Source: an uncultured Pseudomonadales bacterium (GTDB lineage: Bacteria; Pseudomonadota; Gammaproteobacteria; Pseudomonadales; UBA7434). From it: DNA of 64,000 nt. The translations under genes and the position numbers were made by a program. The notes under the pieces are model-generated. The model saw only the letters and a list, made by a program, of their open reading frames with translations, did not search any database and was not told the origin of the DNA. The DNA lies in the NCBI GenBank assembly GCA_905478995.1, contig CAJQKT010000028.1, positions 11,152 to 75,151 on the forward strand, in the 5' to 3' direction. Positions 1-12,025 of this stretch are shown piece by piece. Positions within the stretch are counted from its first letter, which is position 1, and each line of letters opens with the position of its first letter.

Positions 1-2
1 TT

Positions 3-275
3 ATGTTGTGGATTAAAGATTTGTCTGTAATGGACCCTTTATATATCTTGCCGCTACTTATGGGGGTAACCATGTGGTTCCAACAACGCATGAATCCTGC
101 ACCACCAGATCCTATGCAGGCTAAAGTTATGGCCTGGATGCCCGTGGTATTCACTTTCTTCTTCTTATGGTTCCCAGCCGGCCTAGTAATTTATTGGGTG
201 TCGAATAATATTTTGTCGATTTCTCAGCAATGGGTTATTACTCGACAAATTGAAAAAGCCGCTGAAGCATCTTAG
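3..275 (+). CDS. yidC: YidC membrane protein insertase, C-terminal fragment (gene starts upstream of window)
   Basis: ORF is open at the window edge. Hydrophobic C-terminal segments with '[21 protein letters not shown]' are typical of YidC/Oxa1. It sits directly upstream of mnmE, as in the conserved rnpA-yidC-mnmE block. Confidence 0.9.
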   Translation: MLWIKDLSVMDPLYILPLLMGVTMWFQQRMNPAPPDPMQAKVMAWMPVVFTFFFLWFPAGLVIYWVSNNILSISQQWVITRQIEKAAEAS

Positions 276-298
276 CGCAGCGGCTTTAATTAAACGCC

Positions 299-1675
299 AT
301 GAATACTGAAACTATAGCCGCTATAGCTACCGCAGCGGGCAGTGGCGGAATAGGCGTCGTCCGCATCTCAGGTCCTAAAGCTCGTGCCATTGGCGAGACA
401 ATTACTCGCTGTACGTTGTCACCACGTCACGCGCTATTTTCCGACTTTAAAAATGCTGATAACAACGTCATCGATCAAGGCATTGCTATCTACTTCAATG
501 CCCCACATTCCTTTACCGGCGAAGATGTTGTCGAACTACAAGGGCACGGCAACCGCTTTGTCTTGGATGATATTTTACAAAGGACATTATCTCTTGGTGC
601 ACGTCTAGCAAAGCCAGGTGAGTTCTCTGAGCGCGCCTTTCTGAACAATAAAATAGACCTGGCTCAAGCTGAAGCCATCGCCGATATTATTGAAAGCACC
701 AATGCATCAGCAGCCCGCAATGCTGTTCAGTCATTGTCGGGTGAATTTTCAAATAAAATTCATGCGCTTCTTGAGGCTCTCACTCAGTTGCGAATTTATA
801 TAGAAGCAACCATCGATTTCCCTGAAGAAGAGATAGATTTACAAACAGATACCTACGTACAGTCTGCACTGTTACAAACTATTGATCGTTTACAGGCTGT
901 GTTACAACAAGCTAAACAGGGCAGTATTATTCGTGATGGCCTGTCGTTAATTATTGTTGGCGAACCTAATACCGGTAAATCGAGCTTACTAAACCAGCTT
1001 GCCGGTAATGATCTTGCTATTGTAAGTGAGCAGGCGGGAACTACTCGCGATATGCTTCGTGAAACCATCATGTTGGATGGGCTTCCTCTAAAGCTTATTG
1101 ATACTGCCGGGTTAAGAATATCTTCAGATCAGATAGAACAAGAAGGCATTCGTAGGGCAGGACAAGAAATTGAGCGTGCCGATATTATATTTTATCTACA
1201 AGACTGTAATGCTAATCCTATTGATTTGCAGCCTTCACGCCACTGCATTGCTGAGCAGCTTAGCCAATATAAAATCGCCCTACCTAAAAACACCCTTCTA
1301 GTGGTGGTTAATAATAAAATCGACTTAAAACAAAAAAGGCCTGAGGTGCTATCTGCAGCGGATTTGCACACTAATTATGCAGCAGTTGCTATCTCGGCTA
1401 AAGAGGCTCTTGGTTTAGACTTACTTGCAGAACAAATCAGACTGTTTTGTGGGTTGAGCAATCACACGGAAACAAATTTTACTGCGCGAAGACGACACCT
1501 TGATATTTTAGAACGTTGTCACCAACAATTATTAATAGCCTCAGAACAACCTGCTGCGGAGTTACTCGCAGAAGATTTACGCCTTACTCAGCATTTGTTA
1601 GGAGGGATAACGGGGGCTTTCAGCTCGGATGAGTTGCTAGGCGAGATATTTTCTAGTTTTTGCATAGGCAAGTGA
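299..1675 (+). CDS. mnmE: tRNA modification GTPase MnmE (TrmE)
   Basis: GTPase motifs 'GEPNTGKSSLLN' (G1), 'DTAGLR' (G3) and 'NKIDL' (G4), plus the diagnostic C-terminal 'CIGK'. 458 aa. Confidence 0.95.
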   Translation: MNTETIAAIATAAGSGGIGVVRISGPKARAIGETITRCTLSPRHALFSDFKNADNNVIDQGIAIYFNAPHSFTGEDVVELQGHGNRFVLDDILQRTLSLGARLAKPGEFSERAFLNNKIDLAQAEAIADIIESTNASAARNAVQSLSGEFSNKIHALLEALTQLRIYIEATIDFPEEEIDLQTDTYVQSALLQTIDRLQAVLQQAKQGSIIRDGLSLIIVGEPNTGKSSLLNQLAGNDLAIVSEQAGTTRDMLRETIMLDGLPLKLIDTAGLRISSDQIEQEGIRRAGQEIERADIIFYLQDCNANPIDLQPSRHCIAEQLSQYKIALPKNTLLVVVNNKIDLKQKRPEVLSAADLHTNYAAVAISAKEALGLDLLAEQIRLFCGLSNHTETNFTARRRHLDILERCHQQLLIASEQPAAELLAEDLRLTQHLLGGITGAFSSDELLGEIFSSFCIGK

Positions 1676-2365
1676 TATCGCGTTATTGCTATACCACGCC
1701 TCCCGCTATCGATACTTACCCTTCTATATATACTGGTTTTTTGTTAGTGCTAATACTTCGCCAATGCTACCAAACAATTAAACGGTAATTAAACGGCACT
1801 AGCACTACGCCAGCGTTTATTACGGTAGTCGCTTCGGCCTTGTAGCTGTCTGCTTTAAAGCTATTTTTAAGTTACCTACACGTTATACCGAAACACTCAC
1901 AGCTAATTCCCGCAATCCAACAATCATGTCATCTAAGCGGATAACCTGTGACAAGCTTCTGCACAACAATTTGATAACTTCACTTAATCAAACCTTTTAA
2001 ATCAGCCGGTTTTATCGAAGTGATATTTACCCACCGACCATCCACCTATAAAAACAGCTTTCCAATCGGTTTATACCGTTTTTATATATTAACTAAGCTT
2101 TTGATTAATATAGCTTAAAACAGTCTATGCACTGAATTACAGTTTACTAATAGTAATAACATTAAGACTAATACTACTTTCACGATATAAAGTTGAATTA
2201 ATAAAACAATAAGTTATTAACTATTTAAAACTCAACTTATTATCCTTTATGCTTTTTATATTCTTTGATCTTAGACTTATAGTTTAAGAAGATTCTCCAT
2301 GGTATAGTCCGCGCCCTCAGTTAATTGACCTAGCGCGTTAGGGGTAAACATTAGCACTAAACGGT

Positions 2366-4282
2366 ATGATGAATTTTCCTGAAAAATTTGATGTTATTGT
2401 TGTCGGTGGCGGCCATGCTGGTACCGAAGCTGCGCTAGCCGCGGCTCGGCGCGGTAGCCAAACATTGCTGCTGAGCCATAACATAGAAACATTAGGTCAA
2501 ATGTCGTGTAACCCGGCTATCGGTGGCATTGGCAAAAGTCATTTAGTTAGAGAAATTGACGCTCTTGGCGGCGTTATGGCGCACGCAGCAGACCGAGCAG
2601 GTATTCAGTTTCGAGTGCTTAATGCTCGCAAAGGCCCGGCTGTTAGGGCAACTCGTGCTCAAGCCGACCGTGTACTCTACCGTGCAGTGATCCGTGAAAC
2701 GCTAGAAAACCAAAAAAACCTCTTTATATTTCAGGCTGGCGTTGATGATTTAATCGTTGAAGACCAAGCTGGCAGCCAACAAATCACCGGTGTTCGCACG
2801 CAAATTGGATTATGCTTTTATGCTCCTGCCGTGGTGCTTGCTGCCGGTACTTTCTTAGGTGGAAAAATCCATGTGGGTCTTGATAGCCATGCTGGCGGAC
2901 GTGCTGGTGATCCGCCCTCAATCGCGCTTGCCGAGCGGTTAAGGGATCTGCCCTTCAATGTTTCACGCTTAAAAACTGGAACACCTCCGCGCATTGATGC
3001 TAAGACGATTGATTTTTCGCAACTTGAAGAACAGCCAGGCGATACACCTTTGCCGGTTATGTCATTTTTAGGAAAAACCACTGACCACCCTAAACAAGTC
3101 AGTTGTTATATTGCGCAAACTAATAGCGAAACTCACGCCATTATTCGCGAAGGTCTTGATAGATCGCCGATGTATACCGGAGTTATCGAGGGAATAGGTC
3201 CGCGATATTGCCCTTCAATTGAAGATAAAATCCACCGCTTTGCCGATAAAAATTCCCATCAAATCTTTGTTGAACCTGAAGGGTTAACTACCCATGAGAT
3301 TTACCCTAACGGTATATCAACAAGCTTGCCTTTTGATATTCAAATGCGGTTTGTACGGTCGATTAAAGGGTTTGAGCAAGCGCATTTAACCCGTGCAGGC
3401 TATGCAATAGAGTATGACTTTTTTGACCCGCGAGATTTAAAACCGACGCTTGAAACGCGGTTTATTAAGGGCTTGTATTTTTGTGGCCAAATTAACGGAA
3501 CAACAGGCTACGAAGAGGCAGCCGCGCAAGGGTTGTTGGCGGGTGCGAATGCATCGCTTCAAGTGAGCGGTGAGGCTAGTTGGGTGCTTCGGCGCGATGA
3601 ATCCTATATTGGAGTCATGGTTGATGACCTTATCACGCTAGGAACCAAAGAGCCTTATCGGATGTTTACTAGCCGTGCTGAGTATCGCTTAACATTGCGT
3701 GAAGATAATGCCGATTTAAGGCTTACTGAGCGAGGACGCGATATAGGGTTAGTAGATGATCATCGTTGGACGTTTTTTGATCAGAAACGTGAGGCGCTCG
3801 CTCAAGAGCAGCAGCGTTTTAAAACAACGTGTATTCAGCCCACCTCTAGCGCAGCTGAGGTATTAGGCGCAAAGCTTGGAAAACCGTTGAATCGAGAATA
3901 TAGTCTGGCCGATTTAATCAAGCGTCCCGAACTATCATTAAGCGATTTGTATGCTGCAACTGGTGATCTTCCAGTCGACATACAGGTTGGAGAGCAGCTC
4001 GAAATAGCAGCTAAATATTCGGGTTATATCGATCGACAAAAAGAAGATATCAATAAATTACGCGACAACGAAGAAACTGCGTTACCTGAAGGCTTTGATT
4101 TTTCGAGGGTTAACGGTCTCTCAAATGAGGTTAAAGAAAAGCTCCAAAGGGCTAGCCCAGAAACATTGGGAAGAGCGGCGCGCGTACCAGGTGTCACCCC
4201 AGCTGCCATCTCCCTTTTATTAATTTATCTTAAAAAAACCGGCCTGTTAACTCGCTCTTCAGCTAAAGTTGCTGCTCAATAA
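2366..4282 (+). CDS. mnmG: tRNA uridine 5-carboxymethylaminomethyl modification enzyme MnmG (GidA)
   Basis: N-terminal FAD fold '[15 protein letters not shown]'. 638 aa, collinear with GidA. Followed by rsmG (gidB). Confidence 0.95.
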   Translation: MMNFPEKFDVIVVGGGHAGTEAALAAARRGSQTLLLSHNIETLGQMSCNPAIGGIGKSHLVREIDALGGVMAHAADRAGIQFRVLNARKGPAVRATRAQADRVLYRAVIRETLENQKNLFIFQAGVDDLIVEDQAGSQQITGVRTQIGLCFYAPAVVLAAGTFLGGKIHVGLDSHAGGRAGDPPSIALAERLRDLPFNVSRLKTGTPPRIDAKTIDFSQLEEQPGDTPLPVMSFLGKTTDHPKQVSCYIAQTNSETHAIIREGLDRSPMYTGVIEGIGPRYCPSIEDKIHRFADKNSHQIFVEPEGLTTHEIYPNGISTSLPFDIQMRFVRSIKGFEQAHLTRAGYAIEYDFFDPRDLKPTLETRFIKGLYFCGQINGTTGYEEAAAQGLLAGANASLQVSGEASWVLRRDESYIGVMVDDLITLGTKEPYRMFTSRAEYRLTLREDNADLRLTERGRDIGLVDDHRWTFFDQKREALAQEQQRFKTTCIQPTSSAAEVLGAKLGKPLNREYSLADLIKRPELSLSDLYAATGDLPVDIQVGEQLEIAAKYSGYIDRQKEDINKLRDNEETALPEGFDFSRVNGLSNEVKEKLQRASPETLGRAARVPGVTPAAISLLLIYLKKTGLLTRSSAKVAAQ

Positions 4283-4359
4283 TTATGCCTACCGACGACC
4301 TTCGAATTCAGCAAAGCAGCGGGTTTGTTGACGGCACAGACCTTCATAGTAATTAGTCA

Positions 4360-4995
4360 ATGGCTGATGGCGCACCTAAAAAAGTTTTGTTATCAGGGTG
4401 TGAAAAACTCAGTTTAAAATTATCGTTAAAGGATAGTGATCGCTTACTTCAGTATTTGAATTTAATGCAGAAATGGAATCGGACGCATAACCTTACGGCA
4501 TTGCCTAGCATTGATGAGATGGTTGTTAAGCATTTGCTTGATAGTTTGAGTATTGAATCATTTCTGCCCAGCGGTACCGTCTTAGATATTGGCAGTGGCG
4601 CAGGCTTACCAGGAATCCCTCTAGCCGTTGTCCGGCCTAATCAACAATTCACCTTAGTTGACGCAAGCTTTAAACGGGTAGCTTTTTTGCGCGAGGTTAA
4701 GCGTCGCTTAAAACTAACCAATATTGACGTTATTCATGCTCGAGTAGAGCAGCTGCCTAGCCAAGCATTTGAGGCAATTACAAGCCGAGCGTTTTCGTCA
4801 TTGCCTGAAATGTTAGATGTAACTAAGCACCTACTTTCAGACAAAGGTATTTGGATGGCAATGAAAGGCCACAATCCAGTTTCAGAGTTGTCGAACGTGC
4901 AGGACGACTTTTTAGTTGAGGCTGTTGATGTGCTGTATGTTCCTGGCTTAGACGCCGAGCGACATTTGGTGCGAATTAGTAAATGTTCCATATAA
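4360..4995 (+). CDS. rsmG: 16S rRNA m7G527 methyltransferase RsmG (GidB)
   Basis: SAM-binding 'DIGSGAGLPGIPLA' and an 'KWNRTHNLTA' N-terminal motif. Conserved position after mnmG. Confidence 0.9.
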   Translation: MADGAPKKVLLSGCEKLSLKLSLKDSDRLLQYLNLMQKWNRTHNLTALPSIDEMVVKHLLDSLSIESFLPSGTVLDIGSGAGLPGIPLAVVRPNQQFTLVDASFKRVAFLREVKRRLKLTNIDVIHARVEQLPSQAFEAITSRAFSSLPEMLDVTKHLLSDKGIWMAMKGHNPVSELSNVQDDFLVEAVDVLYVPGLDAERHLVRISKCSI

Positions 4996-5291
4996 AAATT
5001 AATCCATTGGTACAAATGCCTGCATTGTTATTGTGGCTCTAGCATCGGTCAAAAGCCTCCTTAAGATTATATTGGCTGGAAGATGTCATCTAACTGGAAT
5101 TCAGGTTATGGGCGAACTTTACATAGCAGTGTATGATGCTGGCGCGACAGACATCATGGCATGAGTAAATGATGAGCAAGGTTTTGAGAGGCTTGCTCTT
5201 AGTTTGCGCCCCTGTTATTCCTTTGGAGTATCTTTTTACTCAGCAACACCTTTAACCGCCAACTTAAGGCAATCGAATCAGGCTTGTTATT

Positions 5292-6116
5292 TTGTCCCGA
5301 ATATTTGCAATTACGAATCAAAAAGGCGGTGTAGGTAAAACGACTACATCGGTGAATTTGGCAGCCTCACTGGCCGCTACTAAGCGCCGCGTGCTTTTAG
5401 TCGATCTCGACCCTCAAGGTAATGCCACCATGGGAAGCGGGGTGAACAAACACACCTGCGAGATTAATCTCTACGAAGTTTTGATGTCAAAAGCCTCAGC
5501 CAGAGAGGCGTTGCAGCGCAATACCTGTGGCGGCTTTGACTTATTACCCTCTAATAGCAACCTCACTGCAGCTGAAGTCGAACTGCTCTCGGTAGATAAT
5601 AAAGAGCGCGTGCTAACGCGCTCGCTCGATCCGTTGCGCTTAGATTACGACTTTATTTTGATTGATTGCCCGCCCTCTCTCAATATGCTTACGCTCAATG
5701 CGCTAGTTGCTGCTGATGGCGTGATTATTCCTATTCAGTGTGAGTACTATGCGCTTGAAGGACTATCGGCGCTCATGAATACCATTGCTAAAGTTGCTGA
5801 AAGCATTAACCCAGATATTAAAATAGAGGGCTTGCTGCGCACTATGTATGACCCTCGCAACAGCCTGACTAACGATGTTTCTGACCAGCTTCTCCAACAC
5901 TTTGGTGAGCGGGTGTATCGAACCGTGATTCCTCGCAATGTGCGTTTAGCAGAAGCACCCAGTCACGGTGAACCAGCGTTGATTTATGATGGGCAGTCTA
6001 AAGGGGCTCAGGCTTATCTTGCTTTGGCAGGCGAATTGTTGCGCAAAGAAGAGGCTAAAAGGCCTGCTGCTGGAAGAAAACCCCAGCAGGTAAAGCAATC
6101 GTCATGGGCTGATTAG
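5292..6116 (+). CDS. parA: Chromosome partitioning ATPase ParA (Soj)
   Basis: Deviant Walker A 'NQKGGVGKTTT'. TTG start gives the canonical N-terminus 'MSRIFAITNQKGG'. Adjacent to parB. Confidence 0.92.
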   Translation: MSRIFAITNQKGGVGKTTTSVNLAASLAATKRRVLLVDLDPQGNATMGSGVNKHTCEINLYEVLMSKASAREALQRNTCGGFDLLPSNSNLTAAEVELLSVDNKERVLTRSLDPLRLDYDFILIDCPPSLNMLTLNALVAADGVIIPIQCEYYALEGLSALMNTIAKVAESINPDIKIEGLLRTMYDPRNSLTNDVSDQLLQHFGERVYRTVIPRNVRLAEAPSHGEPALIYDGQSKGAQAYLALAGELLRKEEAKRPAAGRKPQQVKQSSWAD

Positions 6117-6193
6117 TTAGTAAGCGACGAGCAATTATTGCGGCTGCTTAGCAGCCTTTTCCTTCGGTTATTCATTGGTTTTACGGAAAGTTT

Positions 6194-7189
6194 ATGGCAG
6201 GCAAAAAAAAGGGTTTGGGTAAGGGGTTAGATGCCTTGTTAGGCGGTATTAATACACAGATGAATGATGCCGCAGAGAGCCCTATCTCGACCGACAAGTT
6301 TGCAACCGATGCTGGCAATGCTCCTGGTCCAGACGCGGTTCAAATAACACAGCAAGTTACCCCGAATAGTGCCGCACCCCAGGCTGATGCAAGCCGAGTG
6401 GTGCAGGTGCCGGTAGAGCACTGTCAGCGTGGCAAATACCAGCCTCGCCGTGCTATTGATAATGATGCTCTAGAAGAGCTGGCCAATTCAATTGTAAGTC
6501 AGGGTGTAATGCAGCCCATTATTTTGCGGGAGCTGGCAACGGTACCGCCAAGCGGCGCTAAGTATGAGATTGTGGCTGGCGAGCGCCGTTGGCGCGCTTC
6601 CCAGCTTGCTGGACTCCAAGCAGTGCCAGCTATTGTAAGAGATTTGGATGATGAAGCTGCCAGCGCCATGGCGTTGATTGAAAACTTGCAGCGTGAGGAT
6701 CTTAATCCAATGGACCAAGCACACGCTCTTGCGCGGCTCCAAGAACAATTTGAATTTACTCACCAGCAAATAGCCGACTTAGTCGGCAAGTCCCGCGCGG
6801 CTGTCTCTAATTTTTTACGCCTGCTTGGGCTACAGGTTAAGGTACAGCAATTACTTGAAAACGGTGATTTAGAGATGGGCCATGCACGAGCGTTGCTGGC
6901 TTTAGACCAAGATAACCAACAAAGGCTTGCAAGAGAGGTGGTCAACCAGAGTTTGACAGTGCGACAGACCGAGGCCTTGGTTAAAAAACAGCTCAATCCC
7001 AAGAGGTTGCCTGCCGTCAATGCAGCGCCTGATGGCGCTGATGCAAATATTGACCGCCTTCAAAACGACCTATCTGAAAAGCTGGGCGTCCCGGTTATGG
7101 TCAAGCACACCAGCAGCGGCCGAGGCCAGTTGATATTGAAGTACCATAATCTTGATGAATTAGATGGTATTTTGGAACATATTAAGTAG
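6194..7189 (+). CDS. parB: Chromosome partitioning protein ParB (Spo0J), with ~70 aa low-complexity N-terminal extension
   Basis: ParB box 'GERRWRA', followed by an HTH region 'QQIADLVGKSRAAVSNFLRLL'. Downstream of parA. Confidence 0.92.
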   Translation: MAGKKKGLGKGLDALLGGINTQMNDAAESPISTDKFATDAGNAPGPDAVQITQQVTPNSAAPQADASRVVQVPVEHCQRGKYQPRRAIDNDALEELANSIVSQGVMQPIILRELATVPPSGAKYEIVAGERRWRASQLAGLQAVPAIVRDLDDEAASAMALIENLQREDLNPMDQAHALARLQEQFEFTHQQIADLVGKSRAAVSNFLRLLGLQVKVQQLLENGDLEMGHARALLALDQDNQQRLAREVVNQSLTVRQTEALVKKQLNPKRLPAVNAAPDGADANIDRLQNDLSEKLGVPVMVKHTSSGRGQLILKYHNLDELDGILEHIK

Positions 7190-7311
7190 GTTAGTTACCA
7201 AGATTAAACCGGCCGACGTCGCTTTGCGTAAAAATTCCGGTGTGGTGTGATTTGTTGGTTTATATTCAATGGCTGAAAAACGTTAAAAGGCACATTCGCC
7301 GCCGACTAACC

Positions 7312-7340
7312 TTGCACCTAAATCTTCCATTCCTTATAAT
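7312..7340 (+). promoter_or_regulatory. Putative sigma70 promoter of the atp operon
   Basis: TTGCAC (7312-7317), 17-nt spacer, TATAAT (7335-7340). Lies ~55 nt upstream of the first ATG of atpI, in the parB-atpI intergenic region. Confidence 0.55.
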
Positions 7341-7393
7341 TCGCGCCGCCTCTTACAGGGTGTTTGTATTTTTACACTCTGGCGCCAGTCAAA

Positions 7394-7819
7394 ATGAGAC
7401 TAGAAGTCTTGAGTAAGCGTTCCCCGGTATTTTTTACCGTCGTTATCCAGCTATTGGGCATGGTGTGCTTATCTATCGTCGCTGGGTTTAGTACTGATAG
7501 GGCTTTTTTGTCGCTCGCCTCGGTTTGCGCTGGGGGCACGGTGGCCATTGTGGCGTTGATATTTGGTGTTTGGCGGGGTTTGTGGCGTCGCCACGACGAT
7601 TTGCTCGCCGAGCGAGTGCTGCTACAGCTTTATGCAGCCGAGTTGAGCAAGTTACTTTTGAGTTTGCTGCTACTGGGTTTAGTTTTTAAATACGCTAGCG
7701 CGCTTCACGCGGGCTGGGTTGTAGCGAGCTTCGCGTTAACCTCTTTGGTTGGTGCCATAGCGATAGCGGGTTTTGATTCGAGTGGGCAGGCAGCCGGCGA
7801 ACAGGCCGACAAAATTTAG
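7394..7819 (+). CDS. atpI: ATP synthase protein I (AtpI)
   Basis: Small polytopic hydrophobic protein immediately upstream of atpB. The track ORF starts at a TTG (7364) that would sit almost on the predicted TSS, so the ATG at 7394 is preferred. Confidence 0.6.
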   Translation: MRLEVLSKRSPVFFTVVIQLLGMVCLSIVAGFSTDRAFLSLASVCAGGTVAIVALIFGVWRGLWRRHDDLLAERVLLQLYAAELSKLLLSLLLLGLVFKYASALHAGWVVASFALTSLVGAIAIAGFDSSGQAAGEQADKI

Positions 7820-7903
7820 AGCATGGCTGCGTTAGCAGCATTATGCAGGGGCGCAAAACTTGGCGCCGTCCGATCAATAGTTAAATAGCAGAGAATGTCA
7901 TAG

Positions 7904-8773
<870 letters not shown>

Positions 8774-8834
8774 TGTTGCAATGAGAGAAAGCGTTTAATA
8801 TTTTAATTTTGTTTAGCGAACACTTTACCTTTAA

Positions 8835-9074
<240 letters not shown>

Positions 9075-9183
9075 TCTGGTTTTAGGTCAGCCAACGCGCC
9101 ATTGCGCGTGAAACCCGCCGGTGCACCTTAGTCTTGGTATGTCGGTCGGCAATCAGGCAAACATTTTAAAATAGGGTATTAAA

Positions 9184-9654
9184 GTGAATATAAATCTCAC
9201 CATCCTCGCGCAGCTGATCAGCTTCACGATCTTTGTGTGGTTTTGCAGAAAGTATGTTTGGCCGCCGCTGATAGGCGCCATGCAGGAGCGCGAACAGCAG
9301 ATCGCCGACGGGCTTAATGCAGCCGAAAAGGCCGGTCAAGATCTCGACCAGGCTAAGTTGGAAGTTGCTGAGCAGCTTGACCAAGCAAAACAGCAGGCTG
9401 CACAAATCATTGATCAAGCTAATAAGCGCGCTGCGCAGATTGTTGATGAAGCTAAAGAGCAGGCGATCACTGAAGGCAGTCGACTCAAAGAGGCTGCGCA
9501 ATCGGACATTGCTCAAGAAGTTAATCGAGCTAAAGAAGGTTTGCGCTCACAGGTTGCCTTGCTGGCTTTGGCTGGTGCCGAGAAGGTACTGCAAGCCTCT
9601 GTTGATGAAAACGCACATCGAGAGATTGTTGATAACCTTGCGGCCAATTTGTAG
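9184..9654 (+). CDS. atpF: F0F1 ATP synthase subunit b
   Basis: GTG start. Single N-terminal TM helix followed by a long charged coiled coil. In operon position. Confidence 0.9.
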   Translation: MNINLTILAQLISFTIFVWFCRKYVWPPLIGAMQEREQQIADGLNAAEKAGQDLDQAKLEVAEQLDQAKQQAAQIIDQANKRAAQIVDEAKEQAITEGSRLKEAAQSDIAQEVNRAKEGLRSQVALLALAGAEKVLQASVDENAHREIVDNLAANL

Positions 9655-9728
9655 CGAACGAGTTTGTGCGATCGATAACATGACGTTAATTGCGCTTGCA
9701 ATAAAGAACTAAATCGGAATAAGACACG

Positions 9729-10262
9729 ATGGCAGAATTACGCACCCTTGCGCGCCCTTACGCTAAAGCAGCTTTTGCTGTGGCCGACGAAGCGGGTGAG
9801 CTGCAGCAGTGGGCTACGCAGTTAAATTTGTTGAGCTCATTGGCGCAACAAAACAAGATTGCAGCGATGATTAGTTCGCCAGCTATTGCTTCGGCTCAGC
9901 AAGCGACGCAGTTAGCCGAAGTGGCTGGCGATCTTTCATCAGTAGTGAGTAACTTTTTACAAGTGCTTGCTGAACATAAACGTTTAGCTTTATTGCCGTC
10001 GGTGGCCAATTTATTTGCCGATTATAAGGCTGAGCGAGAGCGGCGCATTGGCGTTAGCATCACCTCTGCCTTTGAAGTCAATAGTGAAACCAGCGACCGC
10101 CTTAGTGATGCGCTGAAGAATAAGTTAGAACGTGATGTAGACGTTGAAGTTTCGGTTGATAAGGATCTTATTGGCGGCGTGATTGTTCGAGCTGGTGATA
10201 TCGTTATCGATGCTTCAATTCGAGGCCGTTTGGCAAAACTCGCTGAAGCGATGGCGGTTTAG
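9729..10262 (+). CDS. atpH: F0F1 ATP synthase subunit delta (OSCP)
   Basis: 177 aa. N-terminal 'LARPYAKAAF' and C-terminal 'LIGGVIVRAGDIVIDASIRGRL' are typical of delta/OSCP. Confidence 0.9.
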   Translation: MAELRTLARPYAKAAFAVADEAGELQQWATQLNLLSSLAQQNKIAAMISSPAIASAQQATQLAEVAGDLSSVVSNFLQVLAEHKRLALLPSVANLFADYKAERERRIGVSITSAFEVNSETSDRLSDALKNKLERDVDVEVSVDKDLIGGVIVRAGDIVIDASIRGRLAKLAEAMAV

Positions 10263-10413
10263 CGGGCAATAAAACAACACCCGAGTTTGTGGTCAGTTGC
10301 CGATTAACCATCGCATAGAGATGATTAGGCTCCACCCAATTCAAGATTTACCTGTAAAAGCTTTATAAACCGAATTACTGAACTGAATTAGTAGGATTGA
10401 GGAAACGACAGAA

Positions 10414-11958
10414 ATGCAACAGCTTAACCCCTCAGAAATTAGCGAAATCATTAAGCAGCGTATCGATAGTTTAGATATTTCTAGCGAAGCGCAAAACGAA
10501 GGCACGGTCGTGTCAGTTTCGGACGGTATTATTCGTATACATGGCCTTGCCGATGCGATGTACGGTGAAATGATTGAGTTTGAAGGCGGCCTTTATGGTC
10601 TGGCGCTCAACCTTGAGCGTGACTCAGTTGGAGCGGTAATCCTTGGCGATTATATGCCGATTAAAGAAGGACAGTCGTGCCGCTGTACGGGCCGCATCCT
10701 CGAAGTACCTATTGGGCCGGAATTGCAAGGTCGGGTTGTTGACGCACTGGGTACTCCCATTGATGGCAAAGGCCCTATTGATTGTCAATTAACTGATGCT
10801 GTAGAAAAGGTAGCGCCAGGCGTTATCGATCGAGTATCGGTTGATCAGCCGGTTCAAATTGGCTTAAAAGCTATTGATGCGATGGTGCCAATTGGTCGAG
10901 GTCAGCGTGAGCTTATCATTGGTGATCGCCAAGTTGGTAAAACGGCTATCGCAGTTGATGCCATCATCAACCAAAAAGGCACCGGTGTTAAATGTATTTA
11001 TGTAGCTATCGGTCAAAAAGCTGCTTCAGTTAACGCAGTGGTTCGCAAGCTTGAAGAGCACGGTGCAATGGAGCATACGATCGTTGTGGCTGCGACCGCC
11101 TCCGATCCGGCAGCTATGCAGTTTTTAGCGCCTTTTGCTGGTTGTACTATGGGTGAATATTATCGCGATCGCGGTGAAGATGCCTTGATCATTTATGATG
11201 ATCTTACTAAGCAGGCCTGGGCTTATCGTCAAATCTCGTTGCTGTTACGTCGACCGCCTGGTCGAGAAGCTTACCCCGGTGACGTTTTCTATTTGCACTC
11301 GCGCTTACTTGAGCGAGCAGCGCGCGTAAACACCAACTACGTAGAAACCTTCACCAAGGGCGCCGTTAAAGGTCAGACGGGTTCTTTAACCGCTTTGCCG
11401 GTTATTGAAACACAGGCAGGTGATGTATCGGCTTTTGTTCCTACTAATGTTATTTCGATTACTGATGGCCAGATATTCTTAGAGTCCGACTTGTTCAATG
11501 CGGGCGTTCGGCCTGCCATGAATGCCGGTATTTCGGTGTCTCGCGTAGGCGGTGCTGCACAAACTAAGGTTATGAAAAAGCTTTCTGGTGGTATTCGTAC
11601 CGCCCTAGCACAGTACCGCGAGCTGGCAGCGTTCTCGCAGTTTGCATCGGATCTCGATGATGCGACCAAAGCACAGCTTGATCATGGTGAGCGTGTTACT
11701 GAGTTAATGAAGCAAAAGCAGTATTCGCCACAAAGTATCGCAGAGATGGGTTTACTTATTTATGCAGCCGACAATGGTTATTTAGATGACATTCCAGTTG
11801 AAAAAATCGGCGACTTCGAAGGTTCATTATTGTCTTATGTCCATGCTGAGCATGCTGATTTAATGGCTAATATTGTTGCTACAGGCGATTGGAATAGTGA
11901 ATTGGAAACCGCTTTTAAAGGGTTGTTAGATAGCTTTAAAAGTACGCAAACTTGGTAG
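10414..11958 (+). CDS. atpA: F0F1 ATP synthase subunit alpha
   Basis: Walker A 'GDRQVGKTA'. 514 aa, collinear with F1 alpha. Confidence 0.97.
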   Translation: MQQLNPSEISEIIKQRIDSLDISSEAQNEGTVVSVSDGIIRIHGLADAMYGEMIEFEGGLYGLALNLERDSVGAVILGDYMPIKEGQSCRCTGRILEVPIGPELQGRVVDALGTPIDGKGPIDCQLTDAVEKVAPGVIDRVSVDQPVQIGLKAIDAMVPIGRGQRELIIGDRQVGKTAIAVDAIINQKGTGVKCIYVAIGQKAASVNAVVRKLEEHGAMEHTIVVAATASDPAAMQFLAPFAGCTMGEYYRDRGEDALIIYDDLTKQAWAYRQISLLLRRPPGREAYPGDVFYLHSRLLERAARVNTNYVETFTKGAVKGQTGSLTALPVIETQAGDVSAFVPTNVISITDGQIFLESDLFNAGVRPAMNAGISVSRVGGAAQTKVMKKLSGGIRTALAQYRELAAFSQFASDLDDATKAQLDHGERVTELMKQKQYSPQSIAEMGLLIYAADNGYLDDIPVEKIGDFEGSLLSYVHAEHADLMANIVATGDWNSELETAFKGLLDSFKSTQTW

Positions 11959-12025
11959 TGCGCGCGCCGCACCTTTAATGATTAAGCGATCACCCGAGTA
12001 GAGAGCAAGCACTCAAGAGCAGATT

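Noticed and set aside
1676-2365. Calling the mnmE-mnmG gap the chromosomal origin (oriC).
   Set aside because: There are only 6-7/9 matches to the DnaA box and a single GATC. No clear 13-mer DUE repeats are visible. The Pseudomonas-like gene order predicts oriC at rpmH-dnaA, outside the window. I kept it as a low-interest finding rather than a feature.
9317-9712. Long alternative-frame or antisense ORFs in the six-frame track. Examples: 9317-9712 and 9166-9516 over atpF, 43698-44129 over the mutase, 53315-53659 opposite the HU gene, and 36020-36428 over pilU.
   Set aside because: Each lies entirely within or opposite a gene with strong family signatures. They lack SD/start context and have low-complexity or Arg/Ser/Cys-rich translations typical of shadow ORFs.
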